Shown piece after piece: positions 22,511-32,000 of a stretch of 32,000 nt of DNA (position 1 is the stretch's first letter; each line of letters starts with the position of its first letter). The position numbers and the translations under genes were made by a program. The stretch spans positions 90,001 to 122,000 of the forward strand of contig NZ_CP065581.1 of the NCBI RefSeq assembly GCF_018389705.1. The letters are read 5' to 3'. The DNA comes from Mycoplasma mycoides subsp. capri (lineage in GTDB: Bacteria; Bacillota_I; Bacilli_A; Mycoplasmatales; Mycoplasmataceae). The notes beneath the pieces were generated by a model that was not told the origin of the DNA, searched no databases, and worked only from the letters and a program-made list of their open reading frames with translations.

Positions 22511-24694
22511 TTATTTAAGTTTATTAAATTCTTTAAGAGCCTCTTGTCATTTATGAAGTCTTAATTGATATCTTCAAAGATTTTCACTATGTTGATTTTT
22601 TTCTAATGCTTCTAAGTTTTTACTTATATTTTCATTTATTGTTTTATTAGCAAAAGTTCTATGATATGGATTTCTCTTTAATATTTTAAATAATGCTGAT
22701 ATTTCTGCATCTAATTTCTTGTTTTCATCTTCTCATTTTTTAAACTCAGATCTTATTACTTCATCTAATCTTTCAATTTCAGCATTAAATTCAATACTAA
22801 ACTCTTCAGCTTCTTCTTTATCAAGTTGCTTATCAACTTCTTTTTTAGCTTGATTAATTTCATCTTCTCATTTTTTAAACTCAGATCTTATTACTTCATC
22901 TAATCTTTCAATTTCAGCATTAAATTCAATACTAAACTCTTCAGCTTCTTCTTTATCTACTTTAGCATCAATTTCTTTTTTAACATCTTTAATTTCTTCA
23001 GTTCATTTTTTAAACTCAGCTTTTAATGCTTCTTCTAGTTTGTCAATTTCAGTGTTAAATTCTTTGATTTCTTCATTATCAACTAGTTGATTGATTTGAT
23101 CTTTAATTCTTGATTCTCAAAGACTTAACTCATTTGTTAAAGCTTCTTCTAGTTTTTCAATTTCAGCATTAAATTCAATACTAAACTCTTCAGCTTCTTC
23201 TTTATCTACTCTAGCATCAATTTCTTTTTTAACATCTTTAATTTCTTCAGTTCATTTTTTAAACTCAGCTATTAATGCTTCTTCTAGTTTGTCAATTTCA
23301 GTGTTAAATTCTTTGATTTCTTCATTATCAACTAGTTGATTGATTTGATCTTTAATTCTTGATTCTCAAACATTGATTTCGTTTCTTAAAGCATCTTCTA
23401 GTTTAGAAAACTCAATGCTAAATTCTGTACTATATTCTTTATCAAGTTTTTTATCAATTTCTTTTTTAATTTTGTCTGTTTCTTCAGTTCATTTTTTAAA
23501 CTCAGCTTTTAATGCATCATCTAATCTATTGATTTCTTCATTAAATTCTTTACTGAAATCTTCAGCTTCATCTTTTTCAACCAGTTTATCAATTTCATTT
23601 TTAATTCTTGATTCTCAAAGACTTAACTCATTTGTTAAAGCTTCTTCTAGTTTTTCAATTTCAGCATTAAATTCAATACTAAACTCTTCAGCTTCTTCTT
23701 TATCTACTTTAGCATCAATTTCTTTTTTAACATCTTTAATTTGTTCAGTTCATTTTTTAAACTCAGCTTTTAATGCTTCTTCTAGTTTGTCAATTTCAGT
23801 GTTAAATTCTTTGATTTCTTCATTATCAACTAGTTGATTGATTTGATCTTTAATTCTTGATTCTCAAACATTGATTTCGTTTCTTAAAGCATCTTCTAGT
23901 TTAGAAAACTCAATGCTAAATTCTGTACTATATTCTTTATCAAGTTTTTTATCAATTTCTTTTTTAATTTTGTCTGTTTCTTCAGTTCATTTTTTAAACT
24001 CAGCTTTTAATGCATCATCTAATCTATTGATTTCTTCATTAAATTCTTTACTGAAATCTTCAGCTTCATCTTTTTCAACCAGTTTATCAATTTCATTTTT
24101 AATTCTTGTTTCTCAAAGACTTAACTCATTTGTTAAAGCTTCTTCTAGTTTTTCAATTTCAGCATTAAATTCAATACTAAACTCTTCAGCTTCTTCTTTA
24201 TCTACTCTAGCATCAATTTCTTTTTTAACATCTTTAATTTCTTCAGTTCATTTTTTAAACTCAGCTATTAATGCTTCTTCTAGTTTGTCAATTTCAGAGA
24301 TTAAATCAAATTCTTCTTCTTTATCGATTTGACTATCAATTTCTTTTTTAATACTGTTTGGTTCAGCCCACTCTTTATTTTCTTTATCTGTGTTTGGTGT
24401 TAGTCCTCTTAACTCATAGATAAAATTACTTACAGCTTGTTTTCTAATTTCTTCAATTTGATGATTTTGTATATCTGCCCCAGCTATACTATCTTTAAAG
24501 ATATCACTTCATAAGTGGTGAGTAATTGTGTTTACTGGTTTGTTTATTGGTTTTGTAGGTTCTTCTATTTTATTTGTTGGATTCTTGCTATCAATTTTTA
24601 TTGGTTTAGTATTAGGAGTCTTACATGCAACTACTAAAGATGCACCAATCGAACTAATAACAAGAGTTCCCAAAATTCCTAATAATTTTTTCAT
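22511..24694 (-). CDS. Repeat-rich lipoprotein, array member F, 727 aa
   Basis: MKKLLGILGTLVISSIGASLVVACKTPNTKPIK...; 'WSDIFKDSIAGADI', 'LRGLTPNTDKENKEWAEPNSVKKEID', then 38/45-aa helical repeats of form KKEID..DKEE..EFS.EF..EI.KLEEAL..EF..W. Confidence 0.85.
22681..24300 (-). repeat. Hierarchical tandem repeats in member F: 498-bp (166-aa) unit built of 38+38+45+45 aa sub-repeats, plus a 135-bp (45-aa) pair at 22731/22866
   Basis: Antisense track ORFs at 23373 and 23871 encode almost the same sequence at an offset of exactly 498 bp; 'tctcattttttaaactcagatcttattacttcatc' recurs at 22731 and 22866. Confidence 0.9.
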
Positions 24695-24791
24695 ATATTG
24701 CGCCTCTATATATAATTTAAAAAATAGATTCCACTATTAGTATTTCTATGTTATAATTATATAATTGCCAAATTAGCAAAATTGACTTTCT

Positions 24792-24852
24792 AAAAAAAAA
24801 AAAAAAAAGGCAAACAGACCTAGTACGCATCGTACTTTTGTGTTGTTTGCTT
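24792..24852 (-). repeat. Intergenic hairpin + T17 element upstream of member F
   Basis: A17 on the plus strand, then ggcaaacagacctagtacgcatcgtacttttgtgttgtttgctt; GCAAACA/TGTTTGC outer and AGTAC-GCATC-GTACT inner stems. Confidence 0.75.
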
Positions 24853-24928
24853 ATATTATGTTTATTCAATTATATTAACTTTAATCTTAAATTTATAAAT
24901 TATAGGTGTGATTTTTATTTTATTAAGA

Positions 24929-27370
24929 CTATTTTTGGTTTAACAATTTGATAGATTCTTTTAATTTAGCTATAGCTTTTTCTATTTCTTTAATTTTTTC
25001 ATCTTCTTTTGATTCTAAACTATGAGCTTGTTTTTCTAATTTTAGTAATTCATCTTCATATTGTTGTTTAGATTCTAAAATGATTTTATTAGTTGAGTTT
25101 TCAAATTCTTTAATAGAATTTAAAATTTCTTCTTTTTGTTTTTCTAAACTTAATTGATCAGAAGTATATTGATCAATTTGCGCAATTATTTGTTTTTGAA
25201 GTTCACTATTTGAAGTTATTTCTTCTTCTAAAGTTTTTAGATTATTTGTATATAATTCTATATTTTTATTAGTTTTTACAACTTCAGGATTGATATCAGA
25301 TAGTTGTTTATCAATTTTGTTTTTTTCTGCATTAAGTGGTTCTAAAGATTTTGTCATTTCTGAAACTTCAGCTTGTATTTTTGTATTTTGCTCTTTTAAT
25401 TGCTTAATTTTTTCTATATTTTGTTGTTTTGTTGTTTGTAGTTCTTTTTCTAGGTTTTTTATAATGTTAGGAACTTCTTTTTTTAGTTCATTGTTTCCAT
25501 AAATATAGTTTTTCAATCTAGCTATTTTATTGTGATTAAATCCAGTTCATAAAGTTCAATCACCATAATCATAGAATCATAAATCAGAATCATAAGTTTC
25601 TTTTTTTAGATCATCTATAATTTTTTCATACAATTTATTCTCATCATCTAATTGTTTTATAATAACTTTTTCTTCACTAAGTTCTTTATCTAATTCTTTT
25701 TCTATATCTAAAAGTTTTTTTTCTTTATTGTTATTATCTGTTATTAATTTATTTTTAGATTCAATTTGTTTATTAATTGAATCTATTTGACGTTCTAGAT
25801 CTTTAGCTTGGTCTAAAACTTTATTATGTTCTACTTGTTTATCTTGATTTTCTTTAAGAAGTAATTTAGCCTCTTCTAATAATTCAGTAGAATCCTTAAT
25901 TTCTTCTTTTATTTTTTCTTTTTGATCTTTAAGTTTAGGTAATTCTAGTGTTATTTTATCTAGTTTTGTTTCATTTTCAGTTTTTCTATTTTCTAGACTT
26001 TGTTTTCCAGTTTCATACTCTTTTTTAAGTGTTACAAGATTATTAGTTGCTAGTTCTTCTAGTTCTTTTTCTTTATTGTTATATTCTTTTTCTATTCTAG
26101 TTCTTTCTAAAATGTGAGTATTTACTTCTTCATTTAATTTAGCTAACTTAGTTTCAAGATTATGTTTATATTCATTAACTAGATTATATTTATCATTAAA
26201 TAGTTTTTCAGCTGCTTTTGCTGATTCTTTAGCATGAGTATCACCATGTTTTTTGTATCTTTCAACTGCTTGTTTTACTAAATCACTAAATTCATCACTA
26301 AATAATTCAATTGTTGCTTTTGCTGATTCTTTAGCATGAGTATCACCATGATGTTTGTATCTTTCAACAGCCTCTTTTACTTTATTTGAAAACTCATCGC
26401 TAAAGATTTCTTCAGTAATTTTTGCCGATTCTCTAGCATGAGTATCTCCATGATGTTTGTATCTTTCAACAGCCTCTTTTACTAAATCACTAAATTCATC
26501 ACTAAATAATTCTTTAGCAGTTTGACTTGCTTTAATTGCCATTAAATTAGCAAAATTATCTTTATAGTTTTTATCTAGTATTGCTTTAAGTTGATCTTCT
26601 TGTTTTTTGTTTTCAGCTTCAATTTGTTCTTTTGTTAGATAAAAGTTAATATCAGCTCCAGTAGGACTATCTCTAAAGATTCGATCATATTCTATTTTAA
26701 TTAGATAATCAAAAAGTGCTTGGTTTTCTCTTTTATTTTTATCTAAGTATTCTTTAACTCAATCTTCTAATCTTTTTTCTTCTTTTTCAATTTGTTTTTT
26801 AGTTGGGTTTAGATTAATATCAGCTCCAGTAGCACTATCATTATAAACGCTGTATCAAGTAGTAGTTGATTCACCTGGTTTAGTTTCAGGTTTGTTTGTT
26901 GGAATAGATGGTTGAAGTGGAGTTAAAGGTCTTGAATCATTTCTATTATCATCAGGTTTATGTGATGGAGTATTTGGTTTGTCTGGTTTTTTTGGAGTAG
27001 TTGATTCGTTTGGTTTAATTTCATTATTAGGTTTAAATGGACTACCATATATAAAACTTGAATTATGAATTGTTCCAACTCATGGACTTGGATTACCACT
27101 TACAAAATGTCTATTAAAAATAGTATGTGGATAAGTTTTTGAATCATAATTGTTGGTTGGTTTTTTATTATCATCAGGTTTTTTATCTTCACTTGGAGTT
27201 TTTTCTTCATCTGTTTTATCAGGTTTTTTAGAACCACCACCATTAGATGGATTTTCATCTTTGTCTTTATTTGTAGGTTGTTTAGTACTTGGAGTTTTAC
27301 ATGCAATAACTAATGCAGCCCCGCTTGTACTAATCATTATTGACCCTAATATTGTTAGTAATTTTTTCAT
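24929..27370 (-). CDS. Repeat/coiled-coil lipoprotein, array member G, 813 aa
   Basis: MKKLLTILGSIMISTSGAALVIACKTPSTKQPTNKDKDENPSNGGGSKKPDK...; two DSxTGxDI modules; 34-aa tandem repeats; coiled coil ending ESIKLLNQK*. Confidence 0.87.
26207..26512 (-). repeat. Three tandem 102-bp (34-aa) repeats in member G
   Basis: ELFSDEFSDLVKEAVERYKHHGDTHARESAKITE / EIFSDEFSNKVKEAVERYKHHGDTHAKESAKATI / ELFSDEFSDLVKQAVERYKKHGDTHAKESAKAAE. Confidence 0.93.
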
Positions 27371-27465
27371 ATATTCACACCTATATAATTAAAAAATAAA
27401 TACTTTTATCTTAGTATTTGTATGTTAAAATTATATATTTGCTAATTTAACAAAAGATCCTTTGT

Positions 27466-27528
27466 AAAAAAAAAAAAAAAAGCAAACAAACCTAGTACAC
27501 ATCGTACTTTTAGTTGGCTATGCTTTTT
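27466..27528 (-). repeat. Intergenic hairpin + T16 element upstream of member G
   Basis: A16 on the plus strand, then gcaaacaaacctagtacacatcgtacttttagttggctatgctttt; AGTAC-ACATC-GTACT inner stem. Confidence 0.72.
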
Positions 27529-27538
27529 AATTAAAAAG

Positions 27539-28309
27539 TTATTTTGTAATAATTTCTTTTGTTTTATTTATATTTTTACTAACAGTTATTCTTTTATAAA
27601 TAAATTTATTAGAATAATAAGTTAATATATAACCACCAATAAACACACTAAATATACCTATATTTACAAAAATATATTTAATAACACCTATATTATATGG
27701 AGAAATAAATGAATAAGGTATTTTATTAATTCAGATTTTATCATCTAAACTAATTCCAGGTAATAATCTTAATAACAATCATAAAGAATAAAAACATAAA
27801 ATGCTAAAAGTTTGTAAACATCCTAATCATAATTGTTTTTTAGTTTTTTGATCATTTAAAGGAAATAAACTAAAATAAGTAATTCAAGTTATAGGAATAA
27901 AAACATGAATTGCTAAAGCTCTATATAAAGTTGGAAAATCTTTATCATCATTAATAATAGCCTGACCCATAATAAATCCAGCTATATATAATAAAAAGAT
28001 AAATATTGATCATGAAGTAAAACTATATTCTGTATATTTATATAAATAAACTTGTTTACTTGTTAGCATTCTTGAAATTTTAAAACTACAAAAGATCATT
28101 ACAAATACTGCGTATCATTCACTTAAAAAAGTAATATCTTGTAAAAAAATAACATCTGCTGATAATGTTTTTTTATTATATAACCCAACTGATTTAGTAA
28201 TAAAATAAAGTACTAAACAAGAAATAGCAAAAAATAGTAATATTGATGAAATGATTAATTCTAATTTAAAACTTCTTTGTTGTCTAAATTGGTTAAATCG
28301 TTTTAGCAT
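27539..28309 (-). CDS. Multi-pass membrane protein, 256 aa
   Basis: MLKRFNQFRQQRSFKLELIISSILLFFAISCLVLYFITKSVGLYNKKTLSADVIFLQDITFLSEWYAVFVMIFCSFKIL...; GGAGG 6 nt upstream of the ATG; several hydrophobic helices. Confidence 0.75.
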
Positions 28310-29009
28310 CACAACCTCCATATTTATCATTAATTTTATTATTAATTAAAACTATTATTAAATAAGTTAAAAAATATAAAATAAATGAACTAAAAGACAA
28401 GCTCATAAAGATTGCTCATCCAATATTTGATGGTTGCAATGAAGTGTATAAAAACGGTTTGTTTATTAAATTAACTTGAACATTTGGAACTGTTCTATAA
28501 GTAATTCAACTTATATAACTCAAACCAACAGCTAAAATTCTTCACATTCCAACTAGCTTACTTTTTTTAGAAATTATCATATTAGTTCTAAAAAAGATTA
28601 AATACAATAACATACTAGTTGGTAGTAAAAAATGAACATTAACAACTCTTAATAAAGCAGATCAATTATTAATATTTGCTGTTTTATTAATAATTGAGAT
28701 TCCTATAAAAATTAGTCCAGTTGAAATTAACATACTAATAATAAATAGTTGTAGTAAATAAGCTTGATAAAGCTGTTTTTTAATAAAGCTATGATATAAA
28801 CAAATACCTGCATAAAATGTACTTATTCATAATCCTCAAATAGCAATTGAAGCTGAATCTAGAGCTAAAACTATATCTAAATTAGTTGGTTCATCAACAT
28901 AAACTACATTAAATGCGTGAGTTATTCAATATATAAAATTAGTTAGTAAATTTAAAAAAAGAATTACTGAATAAAATATAGTATCACTTTTAATCGTTCT
29001 TTTTTGCAT
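28293..29009 (-). CDS. Multi-pass membrane protein, 238 aa, overlapping the start of the next gene by 17 nt
   Basis: MQKRTIKSDTIFYSVILFLNLLTNFIYWITHAFNVVYVDEPTNLDIV...NIGWAIFMSLSF...; frame checked row by row with TGA as Trp. Missing from the track because of its many TGA codons. Confidence 0.75.
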
Positions 29010-29097
29010 TTTTTTAACCTCTAATCATAACAATATACTATCAAATATCTTTTAAAATATAGAACAGAATTAATTTTATCTTATAAATAGTAAAAAA

Positions 29098-29117
29098 GTG
29101 TTATAAATTTATAACAC
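29098..29117 (-). terminator. Intrinsic terminator of secA
   Basis: Perfect palindrome GTGTTATAAATTTATAACAC preceded on the plus strand by A6 (U6 in the minus direction), just downstream of the secA stop. Confidence 0.85.
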
Positions 29118-29123
29118 CTTAGA

Positions 29124-31958
29124 TTAGCCTATTTTAGTTTTACTACTCTCATCTTCGTGAGGTTTTTTCTTTTTCTTTTTTCTAGTTTGTTTTTCTTGTT
29201 CTTTAATATCATCCATTCTAGCAACAAGTTGTAATAAAACATCTTTTGCTATAACTAAATGTTTTAGTTTTTCAGGATCATTGATTTGTTCAACCATATT
29301 ATTAAAGTTTTGATGAATTTGTTCAATAGTAATTGATGCAATATCAATATCGTTTTGTAATTCTTTAATCAGTTGAGTTATTGCTTGTTGATCATTTTGT
29401 GGACTGATGATCATTTCAGCTCTTCTTTCTAATTCTAAAACTAAACCTAACATTACATCTCTTTGGATTCTTAAACGTCTTAGTTTTTGTTTGTCATCTT
29501 TAAATTCTTCTTCTAATTCATCAAAACGTTGATTAATTGCTTTATTGTTAATATCACTTGGTTGTAAGCCAGTTTCAAATAAAATTTCTTCAATATCTTT
29601 ATCTGTAACTTCAATACGTTCTTCGTGTTGTTCTTCATCTTCAACAACTCTTAAAATAACATTTGCTAAGTTTTCAACAACTTCATTTGCTATATTAATT
29701 TTCATTTTATTAAATAAATCAGTTGCTTGTTCAACATAAATAGCTAATGGGTTGTTTTGTGCATATTGTTGTAGATAAATTCCACTTTTTAATTTACCAG
29801 CAATATCTAAATGCTTAGTTCAATATTTATCAAATGAATCTAGAATTATTTTTCTTTCCATTCCAATAATTACATCATCTGGAATATCTGAAATTCTTGC
29901 TTTATATAATTGCATCATAGCTTCAGCAATCTCAACAGCTAGATCCATTTTTTCTTTATTATTAAAATCATCAACTCTAAATTTGTTTTTAGGAACTAGG
30001 GTTCCATCAATAGCATCTAAAAGTTCTTTTTTATTAATAGTTTTTTCACCATGAACTAAAGTTGAGTGTTTTTCAATTAATTCATAAGCTGCAGTAATTT
30101 GCATTTTTTCAATAACAACACTTAGATCACTTGCTTCTAAAATATCATCTCTTTGAGCATAAATAATTTCACGTTGTTGAGCTAAAATATTATCATAATC
30201 TAAAACATTTTTACGTTGATCAAAATTCATTCCTTCAAGTTTTTTTTGAGCATTTGTAACTGCTCTTGTAAACATTTTAGATTTAATATAATCATCACCT
30301 AAAGCTTTAAAGCGTTGTCTTGTTTTTGGTGCTGTAAATCTCATCATTAGATCATCATCCATAGAAATATAAAATCTTGATAATCCTGGATCACCTTGTC
30401 TTCCAGATCTACCTCTTAACTGGTTATCAATTCTTCTAGCTTCATTTCTTTCAACACCAAATACACGCAATCCACCAAGTTCAGCCACACCTTTTGCAAG
30501 TTTAATATCAGTTCCTCTTCCAGCCATATTAGTAGCTAAAGTAATAGCTCCAATTTCTCCGGCTTTTGAAACAATTTCAGCTTCTCTATCATGATTTTTA
30601 GCATTAATAGTTTCAAATTTTAAATTAGCTTTTTTTAAATATCTTGCAATTTGTTCACTTGATTCAACACTAGTAGTTCCAATCAAAATTGGAGCACCTT
30701 TTTCATGAGCTTCTAAAACATCTTCAACTAGTTTTTTTAAAGCAGCGTTTTTTGTTCCAAATGTTAGATCTGGTTCATCTTTTCTGATTACTGGTTTATT
30801 AGTTGGAGTTTGAATAACTCTTGTATTATAAATTTTAATAAATTCTTCTTCTTCAGTTTTTGCAGTTCCAGTCATTCCAGCAATTTTTGAATATAATCTA
30901 TAAAAGTTTTGATAAGTAATTGTTGCTAAAGTTACAGTTTCTTCTTCAATATCAACATTTTCTTTTGCTTGTAAAGCTTGTTGTAGTCCATCTGAATAAC
31001 TTCTTCCATGCATTATACGACCAGTAAATTGATCAATTAATAAAATTTCATTATCTCTAACTGTATATTCAACACCTTCTTTAAATGCAAATTGAGCTTT
31101 TAATGCATTCATAATTAAGTGAAAAATCTCAGTATTTTCAATAGCAAATAAGTTTTTTAAAGAAAAGAATTCATTAGCTTTTTTCATTCCTTGTTCGTTT
31201 AAATAAACTTGTTTTGATTCTAAATCAATATCTAAATCATCATGTTCTTTTAAAGTTAAAGCAAAATTATTAGCAGCTTTATATAAATTAATTCTTGTTG
31301 ATGTTCCTCCAGAAATAATTAAAGGAGTTCTTGCTTCATCTATTAAAACTGAATCAGCTTCATCAATAATACAATAGTTTAATTTTCTTTGTACTTTTAA
31401 ACTATAATCACTAACCATATTATCTCTTAGATAATCAAATCCAAGTTCAGCATTAGTTGTATAAGTAATATCTTTATTATAAGCTTCTCTTTTTTCTGTT
31501 TTAGTTAATGATGATCCATTTAACCCAACACTAATTCCTAATAAATCAAAAACTTGACCATTAATTTCACTATCTCTTTTTGATAAATATTCATTAACTG
31601 TAACAATATGAACACCTTTACCAGATAATGCGTTTAAATAAGCAGGAAAAATTCCTGTTAAAGTTTTACCTTCACCAGTTCTCATTTCAGCAATATCACC
31701 AGAATTTAAAATAATTCCACCAATTAATTGCACTTTATAAGCATTTAAACCTAAAACTCTTCTAGCTGCTTCTCTAGCTACTGCATAAACTTCAATTAAA
31801 ATATCATCTAATGATTTTCCATCTTCTAACATTTGTTTAAATTCTTGTGTTTTTAATATGAAATCTTCATCTTTTAATTGACGCATTTGTGGTTCTAAAG
31901 CAATGATTTTATCAGCAATTTTTCCAAATTTTTTTAACAGTCTTTTATCAGAAACCAT
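29124..31958 (-). CDS. secA: Preprotein translocase ATPase SecA, 944 aa
   Basis: MVSDKRLLKKFGKIADKIIALEPQMRQLKDEDF..., 'GGIILNSGDIAEMRTGEGKTL', 'YCIIDEADSVLIDEARTPLIISG', 'TNMAGRGTDIKL', 'GLRVFGVERNEARRIDNQLRGRSGRQGDPG'. A TGA(Trp) codon at 29820 joins it to 29124..29705. Confidence 0.97.
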
Positions 31959-32000
31959 TAGATCCTCCCAAGAAAATAAGATTGTACAATATAATAATTA

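Noticed and set aside
22681-24300. CRISPR array
   Set aside because: Repeats are in-frame coding repeats of 38/45/166 aa without unique spacers, and no cas genes are present.
23373-24332. Plus-strand Ser/Leu-rich ORFs (23373..23837, 23871..24332, 16101..16574, 16845..17408) as genes
   Set aside because: They are antisense shadows of E/K/L/I-rich helical repeats on the minus strand, with Ser from complementing Glu/Leu-type codons. They have no signal, no RBS and no family resemblance. Useful only as rulers for repeat period.
15618-27481. A-tracts as transposon scars or poly-A sequencing artefacts
   Set aside because: No IS elements, transposase or target duplications were seen. The tracts occur at a regular distance from start codons and beside a conserved hairpin, so a functional or terminator origin is preferred. 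Exact lengths should still be verified, since homopolymers are error-prone.

Overview
The window is AT-rich and uses UGA for Trp. In-frame TGA codons split conserved genes in the supplied ORF track, and the gene content fits the Mycoplasma mycoides/capricolum group. I rebuilt full-length CDSs by reading TGA as Trp. From left to right: the right-hand part of a phosphonate-type ABC transporter operon (phnE-phnC-phnD/p37-like, minus strand), asnS, a Cof-type HAD hydrolase, an alpha/beta hydrolase, tsaD, a small DUF2188-like protein, mnmE (plus strand), rpsT, a GC-rich structured small-RNA candidate (about 11541-11660), a 15.6-kb tandem array of seven paralogous secreted or lipoprotein-like coiled-coil genes (11733-27370, all minus strand), two membrane proteins with overlapping reading frames, and secA. 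The array is the main point of interest. Its members share signal peptides, Pro/Thr/Ser/Lys-rich linkers, a repeated 'DS-x-(T/S)-G-x-DI' module, an 'LTPNTD...W' module and long coiled coils with exact tandem repeats. Six of the seven genes are preceded, 86-101 nt upstream of the ATG, by a near-identical layout of terminator-like hairpin plus a 16-21 nt homopolymer. That makes the locus a plausible phase- and size-variable surface-protein system. One member has a single in-frame nonsense codon and another has lost the lipobox Cys. All coordinates and translations were read by hand; no database searches were run.
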